A stretch of DNA of 64,000 bases from Candidatus Melainabacteria bacterium 17Bon1m (GCA_032128875.1 JAVLKG010000002.1:640001-704000); one strand, 5' to 3'; positions 31,364-40,555 are shown, numbered from the stretch's first letter. Translations and numbers: made by a program. Notes: generated by a model from the sequence alone, not told the origin.

Positions 31364-33277
31364 TTACCCGCGCTTATTCTTCGTCTCTTTCTCTGCAAGT
31401 TTTGCAGCTTTGTCGCGAAGCTTGGCAATATTTTGGCGCATCTTCTCTGCTTCCTTAATCGGCTGATTAGGATTGAGAGACATGTAGTTGTGATATTGCT
31501 CAGCGGACTCCATCAACATCGTTGAATTAGCCTTCTGCATTTTCTCCAGCGATCTCGCCAAACCGAGTCGAGCATCTGCAAGCGTCGGATTTGTGCTGAC
31601 TGCATGGCGGTATCTGTCGATTGCACCGTCAAGTTGATTTTTCTTGAAAAGTTCGTCGGCAACTATGACGTCGTCTTTCGATACTTTTCTCAAACGAGCG
31701 ACTTCGTCCAATCCGCGCTGTGCGCGTTCTGGCGCCCCAGATAAAGTGATGGCTTTCTTGTAGGCCGCCTCCGCATTATCGAGGTCTTTATTCAACATCG
31801 CAACGTCGGCTACTGCGAATGCTTGCTTCGGATCGTTTACGCTGTTTACCACCGTCTTCATCATATCGGTTGCTTTTTGAAACTCACCTTGCGCCATTAG
31901 CGCTTCAGCATAGGCAAGCTTCTCGCCATTGTTTTGCGGGTCTCCCATTTTACTGAGGTCAGGTTTTGCACCAGCCAGCGACATCAATTTTGCCTGAGCG
32001 AGGCGCAGCTCGAAATCATCTGGGCTGAGTTTGATAGCTTCATCAAGACTCTTCAATGCAGCCTCATAGTCGTTGGAGGCAAGAAGTGCTCCAACTGCCG
32101 CTTTCTGTGCCTTGATGTAGAGACCCTGGCTTAAACCTTTTACAGCTTGTGGATTATTTGGGCTCATCTGGAGAATGGTTCTAAAACCCTTGATTGCATC
32201 ATCTGCCTTCTCGAGTTTCAAACAAATTTCTGCAATGCGTTGGCGCAAATCGATATCGTAGGGAATCTGCGACAAACCCGAACGCAGGTCGGCGAGCGCC
32301 AATTCGAGATCGCTTCTGCTTTCGCGAATGTCTGCGATTTTGAGGTAAGGCTGTGCATTTTCCGGCTTGATCAAAATTGAGAGTTGATATTCCTTTATTG
32401 CTGCAACCTGATTTCCTTGTTGTGCATAGGCATCACCAAGAGCCATGCGAACCGGCCAACTGTTGGGGAACTGGTAGAGAGAAGTATTCAGTTCTTTAAT
32501 GGCATCGTCGACTTGCCCTTGTTTCAAATAAACAGAACCAAGACCGAAGTGGGCGGTTGAATTGCTTGAGCTAATATTGATAGCGCGTTTGAAGTTTTCT
32601 GCAGCTTCCGCGAGGCTGCCTTGATCGAGTTTAATTGTTCCGAGCGTCGACAAAGCTTGCGAATGTTGTGGGTCAAGACTTACTGCCGTGCGCAATTCTT
32701 GTGCGGCGTCTTCAATGCGCCCTTGTTCTTTATATACTTGCCCGAGCGTGAAGTGTGCTTCTCCGGATGCGGGTGCCAAAGCGGTTGCCCGTCTTGCGTA
32801 GTCTTCAGCCTGACGCAAATAAGAATCGCGGTTGTCTCTGATAGTGCCCGATGAAGATTGCAGGCGGTTCAAAATGACGTTGGCTTTTCCCGCGAACGCC
32901 AATGCATTATTAGGATCCGACTTCAAAACACGGTCGAGCATGTCGTCCGCGCCGTCCAATTTGAATTGTTTTGCAAGCGCTGTGCCCAAACCAACTGTTG
33001 CCGCAAGATCAGCAGGATTGTTGACGAGCAGTTCTCGGAACATTTCCTCCGCCTCTGCATAACGTCCTTGGGACATTAGTTGTTCGGCGGGAATGATGTC
33101 AGACTTGATCTTGCCGGTGAGGATTTGGTTTTGGTTGGGAGGTGGAGTGGTTGATGTGGCAGGCTGGGTTATCCCAGGCAATTGAGCGCCAGCGGTATGA
33201 GGGTAGAAAACGATCAGCCCGGATACTGCTAGAAGTCCGAAAAGGCTCAAACTTCCTGCTTTTCTGATGGCGGTCAT
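31364..33277 (-). CDS. Exported multi-TPR protein
   Basis: Signal peptide followed by many TPR repeats (AHFTLGQVY, AHFGLGSVY, ALGDAY). Confidence 0.9.
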   Translation of the reverse strand: MTAIRKAGSLSLFGLLAVSGLIVFYPHTAGAQLPGITQPATSTTPPPNQNQILTGKIKSDIIPAEQLMSQGRYAEAEEMFRELLVNNPADLAATVGLGTALAKQFKLDGADDMLDRVLKSDPNNALAFAGKANVILNRLQSSSGTIRDNRDSYLRQAEDYARRATALAPASGEAHFTLGQVYKEQGRIEDAAQELRTAVSLDPQHSQALSTLGTIKLDQGSLAEAAENFKRAINISSSNSTAHFGLGSVYLKQGQVDDAIKELNTSLYQFPNSWPVRMALGDAYAQQGNQVAAIKEYQLSILIKPENAQPYLKIADIRESRSDLELALADLRSGLSQIPYDIDLRQRIAEICLKLEKADDAIKGFRTILQMSPNNPQAVKGLSQGLYIKAQKAAVGALLASNDYEAALKSLDEAIKLSPDDFELRLAQAKLMSLAGAKPDLSKMGDPQNNGEKLAYAEALMAQGEFQKATDMMKTVVNSVNDPKQAFAVADVAMLNKDLDNAEAAYKKAITLSGAPERAQRGLDEVARLRKVSKDDVIVADELFKKNQLDGAIDRYRHAVSTNPTLADARLGLARSLEKMQKANSTMLMESAEQYHNYMSLNPNQPIKEAEKMRQNIAKLRDKAAKLAEKETKNKRG

Positions 33278-33467
33278 GCAATTCCTCCTTGCAAAGTCAC
33301 CAAATTCCTTATTTCAGAACGCTTCTTCAAGCGACAGGCTCGGCGTTTGCACGCAGAGCACAAGGCGAAGGTAACAGACCTTCGGTCCTGAAGTATTAGA
33401 AGGAGGGGTTTTACTTCGGATTTGAGGATAAGTCGATACAAGATTCTTAATGAAACCTTGCGACCTA

Positions 33468-33497
33468 TTGACAAATCCCGAAATCTTGCCGCACACT
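33468..33497 (+). promoter_or_regulatory. Candidate sigma70 promoter of the argC leader
   Basis: Perfect TTGACA (33468-73), 18-nt spacer, weak -10 CACACT. Confidence 0.45.
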
Positions 33498-33531
33498 ACA
33501 TAGGTTGATTCATCAGGTGCTCAAGAGACAG

Positions 33532-33588
33532 ATGCAGCTTATGCAAGCCCAACAAGTTATATCCCGACGCCGCCCAGGTCTCTTTTAA
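33532..33588 (+). CDS. Putative arginine leader peptide MQLMQAQQVISRRRPGLF
   Basis: Hand-translated uORF with CGA-CGC-CGC at 33565-73, upstream of a terminator and argC; alternative start ATG 33541. Confidence 0.7.
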   Translation: MQLMQAQQVISRRRPGLF

Positions 33589-33636
33589 GGCCCGGCGCAG
33601 ATATGGCTTAGCTGATTTAGCACCATTTTCGAGTTT

Positions 33637-33666
33637 AGCCCCGGGTCCAAGGACCAGGGGTTTTTT
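33637..33666 (+). terminator. Attenuator terminator upstream of argC
   Basis: agcccc-g-ggtc-caag-gacc-a-gggg followed by T6, about 20 nt before the argC start. Confidence 0.8.
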
Positions 33667-33685
33667 GTTTTAGGGCTTGTTCAAG

Positions 33686-34753
33686 ATGGATACACAGATG
33701 AAGAAGATTGCGGTTGTCGGAGCTACAGGTTACACAGGTCAGGAGTTGATCAGAATTCTGGTTCAGCATCCCAATGTGAAAGTGCACACTGCAGTTTCTT
33801 CCACCAACAGCGGCAAGTCGTATGCGTCGGTTTATCCAGGGCTGTCAAAATTGGCCGATTTCACTTGCAGTGCTGATGACATTGATACGTTGTCTTCGCA
33901 AGTCGATCTGATTTTCCTTGCATTGCCTCATGGACTTGCGGCCAAAATGGTCAGCAAGGATGTGTTAGAGAAATGCGCGATTGTTGATCTCGGAGCTGAT
34001 TTCCGGTTGAAGAATGCCGGAGATTATGATGAATGGTACGAGTTCACTCACCCAAATCCTCAATTGCTCGATTGTTCTGCTTATGGACTGCCAGAGTTGA
34101 ACAGAGAAAAAATCAAATCTGCAAAGTTGATTGCTAATCCTGGTTGCTATGCAACCTGTTCAATTCTCTCATTGGCACCACTACTTAACGCTGGGCTGAT
34201 TGATGAGTCCACAGTCATAGTTGATGCAAAGTCTGGAGTCTCTGGTGCGGGAAGAAGTCTTTCGCTGGGAGTCCACTTCGACGAGTGTAATGAGTCCATC
34301 AAGGCTTACAAACTCGGTAGCCATCGGCACACTCCCGAGATCGAGCAAGCTCTGAATCCTTACGCGAAGAGTTCGCTGGCCATCTCGTTTACGCCACATT
34401 TGGTTCCTATGAACAGAGGAATTCTATGTACTACATATGGATCTTTAAAGAAAAAGATGTCAGATAAAGATCTCTTTGATCTCTATAGTGAATTCTATGA
34501 AGATGAGCAATTCATCAGGATCTTCGATCCGCAATCAGGCGAGTATAAATATCCAGAGACGCGTTGGGTTAAAGGATCTAACTATTGTGATATCGGACTC
34601 AGCGTCGATAAGAGAACCAGCAGAGCGATAGTCGTCGGGGCCCTAGATAATCTCGTGAAAGGCGCAGCAGGACAGGCAGTTCAAAACATGAACATCCACT
34701 TTGGCTGGCAAGAATCTACAGGTTTAACTCACGCTCCAATTTTTCCGGCGTAA
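33686..34753 (+). CDS. argC: N-acetyl-gamma-glutamyl-phosphate reductase
   Basis: VVGATGYTG, ALPHG, DLGADFR, ANPGCY, SGVSGAGR, HRHTPEI, DNLVKGAAGQA. Confidence 0.97.
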   Translation: MDTQMKKIAVVGATGYTGQELIRILVQHPNVKVHTAVSSTNSGKSYASVYPGLSKLADFTCSADDIDTLSSQVDLIFLALPHGLAAKMVSKDVLEKCAIVDLGADFRLKNAGDYDEWYEFTHPNPQLLDCSAYGLPELNREKIKSAKLIANPGCYATCSILSLAPLLNAGLIDESTVIVDAKSGVSGAGRSLSLGVHFDECNESIKAYKLGSHRHTPEIEQALNPYAKSSLAISFTPHLVPMNRGILCTTYGSLKKKMSDKDLFDLYSEFYEDEQFIRIFDPQSGEYKYPETRWVKGSNYCDIGLSVDKRTSRAIVVGALDNLVKGAAGQAVQNMNIHFGWQESTGLTHAPIFPA

Positions 34754-34779
34754 CAAATTTTGCAGATATCCCAGAATTA

Positions 34780-34809
34780 TTGACAGAAAAAATCCACAGC
34801 GTGTATATT
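34780..34809 (+). promoter_or_regulatory. Internal sigma70 promoter for argJ-argB
   Basis: TTGACA (34780-85) - 18 nt - TATATT (34804-09). Confidence 0.65.
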
Positions 34810-34832
34810 TGAATCTCAAGGAAATTTTTGAC

Positions 34833-34922
34833 ATGCAATTCAGCAAATCTCTCAGACACAACCGACGATTCCCCCGACGCCGCGCCAACGCGCTTGGGGA
34901 TTGCTCGCATACGTTGATTTAA
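34833..34922 (+). CDS. Putative arginine leader peptide MQFSKSLRHNRRFPRRRANALGDCSHTLI
   Basis: Hand-translated uORF with 6 Arg codons (AGA, CGA CGA, CGA CGC CGC); AAGGA upstream; followed by a terminator and argJ. Confidence 0.78.
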   Translation: MQFSKSLRHNRRFPRRRANALGDCSHTLI

Positions 34923-34946
34923 TACAACACTGCAAGAGATCTATAT

Positions 34947-34982
34947 TCCCCGAGTGCCCCCATCAAGGACTCGGGGATTTTT
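34947..34982 (+). terminator. Attenuator terminator upstream of argJ
   Basis: 9-bp stem tccccgagt/actcgggga followed by ttttt. Confidence 0.8.
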
Positions 34983-35016
34983 CTATGCATCTGTTTTTTG
35001 TTTGAGGAGATCCGAA

Positions 35017-36297
35017 ATGAATTCATTCACCACCATCATCGATGCGCATGCCTTGGCTGTTCAGGGCAAGGTGGTAGAAGCCCCTTTCAGCGGAAGCGTC
35101 ACCAGCGCAAAAGGCTTTAAGGCAGCCGGTGCTCACATCGGTGTAAAACGCAAAAGAAAAGATCTTGCTTTGATCTATAGCGAAGTTCCAGCAACTGTCG
35201 CCTGCATGTTCACTACCAACGTGATGAAAGCTGCGCCGATTCTGTGGAACCAGAGTGTTGTAGCTAAATCTCAAACAGTTCGTGGCATCGTCATCAACAG
35301 CGGCAACGCCAACTCTTGCACTGGCAAAGAAGGCCTGGAAAACGCAGAGATTATGGCTGCCACTTACGCTGATTGCATTGGTGTGAAGCCTGAGGAAATT
35401 CTTGTTTGCTCCACAGGTGTCATCGGCGTTCAACTTCCCATGGAAATCATCACGAAGGGCATCATCAACACGGCGACGTCCCTAGAGCACTCCAAGCTGG
35501 CTGGACAATTAGCAGCCGAAGCGATTATGACCACAGACACTTATACGAAACAGATCTCCGTAGAGTTCGAAGTCGGCGGGAAGAAGGTAGTACTTGGCGC
35601 GATGGCAAAAGGCAGCGGCATGATTCACCCGAACATGGCGACGATGCTTAGCTTTATCACGACCGACCTGGATATTGCCCCGCACATGCTGGAGAAAGCA
35701 CTGAAAGACAGTGGTGCCGATACCTATAACATGATTTCGGTTGACGGTGATACCAGCACGAATGACATGGTGGCAATCATGGCGAACGGACTGGCCGGCA
35801 ATGAAACTATCGTCAGCGAGGATGCCGGCTACTTCACCTTTTGCGAAGTGTTGAAGCAGGTAAACACACATCTGGCGAAAATCATTGTTCAAGACGGCGA
35901 GGGTGCAACCAAATTCTTGGAAGCCCAAGTGACATCTGTCGGATTGAAAGAAGATGCCAGACTGCTTGCACGTTCCATCGTTTCTTCCAGTCTGGTAAAA
36001 ACAGCGTTCTTCGGAGAGGACGCGAATTGGGGCAGAATCATCTGCGCAATGGGATACAGCGGCGCGAAATTTGATCCGGCTCACGTTTCAATTTCTCTGG
36101 AAAGCGCAGGCGGGATATTAGAACTCTTGAAACATGGCGAGCCGGTCTGCGTCAATGAAATTCTTGCGAAGCAAATTCTTGCCGAGAAGAACATCATCAT
36201 TCATGTGAACATGAATACCGGAATCGAGGAAGCTACCGCGTGGGGTTGCGATCTCAGTTATGACTACGTGCGGATTAATGGCTCTTACAGAACTTAG
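35017..36297 (+). CDS. argJ: Bifunctional-type ornithine acetyltransferase/N-acetylglutamate synthase
   Basis: INSGNANSCTG, STGVIG, IMTTDT, KGSGMIHPNMATML, DGDTSTND, DGEGATK, DANWGR, GCDLSYDYV; AGGAGA RBS. Confidence 0.97.
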   Translation: MNSFTTIIDAHALAVQGKVVEAPFSGSVTSAKGFKAAGAHIGVKRKRKDLALIYSEVPATVACMFTTNVMKAAPILWNQSVVAKSQTVRGIVINSGNANSCTGKEGLENAEIMAATYADCIGVKPEEILVCSTGVIGVQLPMEIITKGIINTATSLEHSKLAGQLAAEAIMTTDTYTKQISVEFEVGGKKVVLGAMAKGSGMIHPNMATMLSFITTDLDIAPHMLEKALKDSGADTYNMISVDGDTSTNDMVAIMANGLAGNETIVSEDAGYFTFCEVLKQVNTHLAKIIVQDGEGATKFLEAQVTSVGLKEDARLLARSIVSSSLVKTAFFGEDANWGRIICAMGYSGAKFDPAHVSISLESAGGILELLKHGEPVCVNEILAKQILAEKNIIIHVNMNTGIEEATAWGCDLSYDYVRINGSYRT

Positions 36298-37206
36298 GTG
36301 ACCGAAATGACACTGGCAACTTTTAAAGGCACGATATTACAGGAAAACTTTGATGCCCTCCCGAATTCTACTTTCGGGTTGAGTACAGATGGTGATCCGA
36401 TTGTTGTCGTAAAATTTGGCGGCAACGCCATTATGAATCCCAAAGTCCTCGATCAGCTGATTGAGGATACTTGCTCGCTCATCAGCAAAGGTGTACGTGT
36501 TGTTCTCGTACATGGTGGTGGCACCGCTGTCAATGATGCTCTTAAATCCGTTGGGAAGGAAACGCAGAAGATTGGCGGTTTGCGAGTCACAGACGATCAG
36601 ACATTGGAAATCGCTGTTGATGTTTTCACAGGCATCAATGAAAAGCTGACCGATAAGTTTTTGGCAAAAGGAGCGCAAGCACTCAGCTTTTGCTCCAAAA
36701 CTATCAATCCTTTTCTCAGCAAGAAAATGGAATTTCAAGATCCCCAAGGCAATGATGTCGACCTCGGCTGGGTCGGTGAAATTGTCGATGTCGATGCCAC
36801 CAAGCTTGATCGGTGGTTGTGGGCAGGCTGGATGCCTGTGATTTCGCCTTTCGGCAAAGATAAGAATGGGCAGCTCTACAACCTCAACGCAGATCACGCT
36901 GCGTTGGCTGTAGCGACATATCTGAATGCCGACGCCCTGATTTTCCTTACGGACGTTCCGGGAGTTTTGCGCGACGTGCAAGACCCTACTACCAGAATCA
37001 GCCACCTCACCCCAGCGCAGGCGCAAGTCTGTCTGGAAGAAGGGACGATTTCCGGAGGGATGCTTCCAAAAATCAAAAGCTGCTTGAAATGCCTAGACAA
37101 TGGCGTTGAGAAAATCGCCATTTTGAACAGCTTTGCGCCTCACGCATTGCTCAAAGGGTTTTCCGCACCTGAGAAATATGGAACAGTCCTGACACGAGCG
37201 AGTTAA
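36298..37206 (+). CDS. argB: Acetylglutamate kinase
   Basis: VVKFGGNA, VHGGG, GLRVTD, NLNADHAA, LTDVPGV, GGMLPK. Confidence 0.95.
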   Translation: MTEMTLATFKGTILQENFDALPNSTFGLSTDGDPIVVVKFGGNAIMNPKVLDQLIEDTCSLISKGVRVVLVHGGGTAVNDALKSVGKETQKIGGLRVTDDQTLEIAVDVFTGINEKLTDKFLAKGAQALSFCSKTINPFLSKKMEFQDPQGNDVDLGWVGEIVDVDATKLDRWLWAGWMPVISPFGKDKNGQLYNLNADHAALAVATYLNADALIFLTDVPGVLRDVQDPTTRISHLTPAQAQVCLEEGTISGGMLPKIKSCLKCLDNGVEKIAILNSFAPHALLKGFSAPEKYGTVLTRAS

Positions 37207-37306
37207 ACCTCGTAGCTTAAAATCGAGCAAATAGGGCAACACTGCACAATTCAACAGTGCTTTCAAACGCGCCTAGCCATACCATGACGGCATTGAAGCC
37301 GGGAGT

Positions 37307-39691
37307 ATGGCGATGCCACGATTTGAAAAATCTGAGAACAAAACTGATGGTGCCCTAGGAGCATTTGACAGAGCTTCGGATAAATCTTCAGGCGATGAGA
37401 ATTCGGGCGATAAAACAGCGCGCGGTTTTGATTGGTTCGGCGCGAATTTTGTTAACCCGCTGGTCAACACACTTTGTGTGGAACCTGCCAATGCGATCAC
37501 TCAGACGGTAGAGAGAGCGGCCGGACAGTCGCCTTTTCATCGTGTAGAGCCTCTGCCTGTCCCTGACACTTCTAAACGACCGATCTCAACCGAATTGGTT
37601 AGTCAGAGTGTAGCGTGTGCGATTGGATCTGTCGGACCTTATGCTCTAGCAGGAATGCTTGCCGGCAATGCCATGCGGTGTGCTGGTGCTGCTCTGAAAA
37701 CTGAAGGAGCGATTGCAACCTTTGCGCAAAATGACAAGGTTGCTCAGATCGTAGGAGCTGGCGTTTACGATGGAATGAAGGAAACTCGTCAGGGCGAGAC
37801 TCACTTGCGTAATGGAATAGCTGGCGCTGCCAGCTTTGCGGTATTGGAATACTCGCGTGTAGATCCTCGTGCTAGCTTGATTGGCCGCTCCCTTGATCGA
37901 TTCAGTTCGGGTTTTGTAGGCTCGCTTACTCATGTAGCTATTTCGCGCCCCGATGCTTTTTCCCTGAAGGCTCCTTCTGATATCAATATTTCGTCGAGCC
38001 TTTTGACGGGCGCTTTTATAAATGTTTTGCTCCCTGGCACTCAGCAGGGCTTACGGATGTTGCAAGAGAAAGCATCTTTGAGAATGGGTCGCGGCATTCC
38101 GATCGACAGATATCTGGTGTCGAACAGTTCTCATGTCAATGCAGAAACAATAAACGCTCGCGCCGAATTTACTTCTGCCACCACGAAAGAATTGTTTGAG
38201 CAAAACCGCTGGGCAAGAATTGAACCTGATTCAAAATTTGATTGTTACTTGCCAAAGCGAGATATGGTTTCACTAACGAGTGGTAGCTCTCGTGAAACGC
38301 TTTTGCATGAGCTTCACCACCGCAAAGAAGCTTTGGCTGGAATTGCAGAACCAGGATTTGTTCAAGCTGCCGCCTACTTAAATAAAGACGTGAATCGAGC
38401 CTGGCAAATCTTTGCTCGGGTACGTCGCGCTCAAGAAATTCGAGCTGAAATCGCAGGCCGCCAAGAAGTCAACGCTTCGGGGCTAACGAGTAAGGCAGAA
38501 TTCGTCAATGAACTTAAGAGAACGCTTCCTTCGGCCCGCTTTGCCGGCGGTGACTCATACATACAGCTTTGGCGTCGAGAGTTCCAGGCGTTTTTGCGCT
38601 CTGGCGGAAAGTTTCGACCTGAAGCCGATTACTCAAAGTGTCGTTTTAACAAGGAAATCAGAGATGAGGCCAACAGGCTTTATGTGCGTTTAGCGGGTCG
38701 AGAACCGAATGCCGGCAATGCCATCGATGGTGTGATTGAAAGGCATTCTCTAAATGACGAGCAAGTTCTAAGCGTTTTTAAACACGTAAATGAATTTCTC
38801 AAGCCTAAGTACAGCACTGCCGTTCAGCTTCCGTTGCCCTTTCTTGCGATGCAAACTTTGCGTTTGGTTGCCCGACCGGAAAAGGTCAAGCAGGGATTTC
38901 ATCCGACTTGCGGACCCGCAGCTCTTGAGTATGCAACTTATGTGAAACATCCTGAGAATGCTGCGAGTTTGATTTCGCAAGTAGCGCTAACCGGTAAATA
39001 CAAGTGTGCGGATGGTACTTCAATAACGCTTGACCTATTGAATGTAATACCTGAGAGGACAAAGACTAGAAGTTTTGCGAATCAATTGTTTCAGACTACC
39101 TCTGTGAACGTGCACTGGCAGAGAAAAACTAGTCTCGAACCATGGCTGTACTCAGGTGATGGAATTGACAATAGTATTACGGCTGGTGCCATTCGATATG
39201 AAAGGCAGCCGCACAACTCATCTAGTCCAGACTTGTATCGGCTCATGGACTATAGCAAAAAGCCGGTACGGCCACTTCAGGACAGATTGGCACCGGAGTT
39301 GCGCAATGATATGGCTGATCCTTTGATGGACTGCAACAGTCTGAATGATATCAATGGGCAGATAAATGGTGGCACGCATGGTGACATCGCCTTGCCTTGG
39401 GACCTGCACTCTCAGCAAGTTTTGGAAAGAACACTGAGAGAAAGACACCTGACAGGTCGGCTGCCTGTCTTGACCGTCATAGACTGCAGGCATCCACTTT
39501 TTCGTCATGGAATGGAGGATCCGCTTCCTGATGTTGGTTGGCACATTGTGGCGGTTCGAGGATATGACCCTGCCACAAAAACGGCGTCAATATTCAATCC
39601 GTGGGGGCACATTCTCAATGGTATAAGCACACGCGATTTGTACAAGGCAAACAAAGAATTTAAAATCTCAACTGAGAACAAGAGCCTGTAA
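37307..39691 (+). CDS. Large signal-less protein with HExxH motif and C-terminal papain/calpain-like cysteine protease domain
   Basis: LLHELHH..E; KQGFHPTCG, WHIVAVRGYD, IFNPWG (Cys/His/Asn). Confidence 0.65.
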   Translation: MAMPRFEKSENKTDGALGAFDRASDKSSGDENSGDKTARGFDWFGANFVNPLVNTLCVEPANAITQTVERAAGQSPFHRVEPLPVPDTSKRPISTELVSQSVACAIGSVGPYALAGMLAGNAMRCAGAALKTEGAIATFAQNDKVAQIVGAGVYDGMKETRQGETHLRNGIAGAASFAVLEYSRVDPRASLIGRSLDRFSSGFVGSLTHVAISRPDAFSLKAPSDINISSSLLTGAFINVLLPGTQQGLRMLQEKASLRMGRGIPIDRYLVSNSSHVNAETINARAEFTSATTKELFEQNRWARIEPDSKFDCYLPKRDMVSLTSGSSRETLLHELHHRKEALAGIAEPGFVQAAAYLNKDVNRAWQIFARVRRAQEIRAEIAGRQEVNASGLTSKAEFVNELKRTLPSARFAGGDSYIQLWRREFQAFLRSGGKFRPEADYSKCRFNKEIRDEANRLYVRLAGREPNAGNAIDGVIERHSLNDEQVLSVFKHVNEFLKPKYSTAVQLPLPFLAMQTLRLVARPEKVKQGFHPTCGPAALEYATYVKHPENAASLISQVALTGKYKCADGTSITLDLLNVIPERTKTRSFANQLFQTTSVNVHWQRKTSLEPWLYSGDGIDNSITAGAIRYERQPHNSSSPDLYRLMDYSKKPVRPLQDRLAPELRNDMADPLMDCNSLNDINGQINGGTHGDIALPWDLHSQQVLERTLRERHLTGRLPVLTVIDCRHPLFRHGMEDPLPDVGWHIVAVRGYDPATKTASIFNPWGHILNGISTRDLYKANKEFKISTENKSL

Positions 39692-39759
39692 TATAAATGA
39701 ATCGAGAGAGTCGTCTGCACGTGATTTGACGAACCCACGGATTCTTCAGGAACTTCCCT

Positions 39760-40266
39760 TTGGCTGACATCGAAAATATTGGACGAATAAAGCGTATGAC
39801 GTTGCCCAACGGGTGGACTCCTACGCGGCAGGTGCTAGGACAGTTCGGCAATAGCTATCTGTATCATTATGGACGTTCTGACACGCCGGAGCTTCAACTT
39901 TCGATCTTTTACCGCGGGATGAATGTTTCGTCTCTCTCGGGAAAAACATTCGAGCGGATTTTGAAGAAGGAACCTCATGAACTGAGCTCAGAAGCTATAT
40001 TGAGCATTACTGAGGTTTTGGGAAGCTGCGCGCAGCCGGATCTCTATGATCTAGAACGCGCCAGCAGCAAATCACTTTCTGATTCAAATGTAATTGATGT
40101 AGAAGGACGCTTTCCCGAGGTCGGCCTTGAGAATCGCACCATTTTTATCAATGGTGGCAATGATGGTTGCGTGGTGCTGGAAATTATTTTCTCTGCGCCA
40201 AAGAAGGTTTTTCTCAAACACGCGCCTGAAATTGAGCGCTGCTTGCAGTCTATCGAATGGAAATAG
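39760..40266 (+). CDS. Hypothetical protein, possibly PsbP/Mog1-like fold
   Basis: MTLPNGW near the N-terminus and 'F...IE..LQSIEW' C-terminus; directly downstream of the protease gene. Confidence 0.55.
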   Translation: MADIENIGRIKRMTLPNGWTPTRQVLGQFGNSYLYHYGRSDTPELQLSIFYRGMNVSSLSGKTFERILKKEPHELSSEAILSITEVLGSCAQPDLYDLERASSKSLSDSNVIDVEGRFPEVGLENRTIFINGGNDGCVVLEIIFSAPKKVFLKHAPEIERCLQSIEWK

Positions 40267-40273
40267 CTACGTC

Positions 40274-40555
40274 CTAAAACTGTCTTGGATGACCGAAGCG
40301 GCTGGTGACGGATTCTGCGGTGCTGTACAAATAGCCGCTAGAATTGGTATCGCTGAGAATAGCAGGAGCCATGTGTGTCGGCTGGGCCGCCTGGTAATGC
40401 TGAACCATTTTCGGTGGCTGCGTATTTTGTTGCGCTTTCACTGCGGACATTGCATTGCCGACGTGTCCGAAGATAAACATAATAGTCATCAAGCCCAAGC
40501 CGCCAGCGGCGACTAGTCCTCCGCAGATGAGCTCTTCGTATTCTTCGAGATTCAC
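40274..40555 (-). CDS. Small single-TM hypothetical protein
   Basis: 93-aa ORF with one hydrophobic helix. Confidence 0.45.
   Translation of the reverse strand: MNLEEYEELICGGLVAAGGLGLMTIMFIFGHVGNAMSAVKAQQNTQPPKMVQHYQAAQPTHMAPAILSDTNSSGYLYSTAESVTSRFGHPRQF

Noticed and set aside
33533-33545. TGCA-GCTTA-TGCA palindrome as an ARG box
   Set aside because: Spacing and sequence do not fit TGAAT-N4-ATTCA, it is a single copy, and it lies inside the leader ORF
33500-33670. T-box riboswitch explanation for the arg leaders
   Set aside because: No AGGGTGGNACCGCG T-box or stem I motifs in either leader
34954-35016. ORF-track N-terminal extension of argJ (MPPSRTRGFF...)
   Set aside because: It runs through the attenuator terminator; the AGGAGA RBS points to ATG 35017
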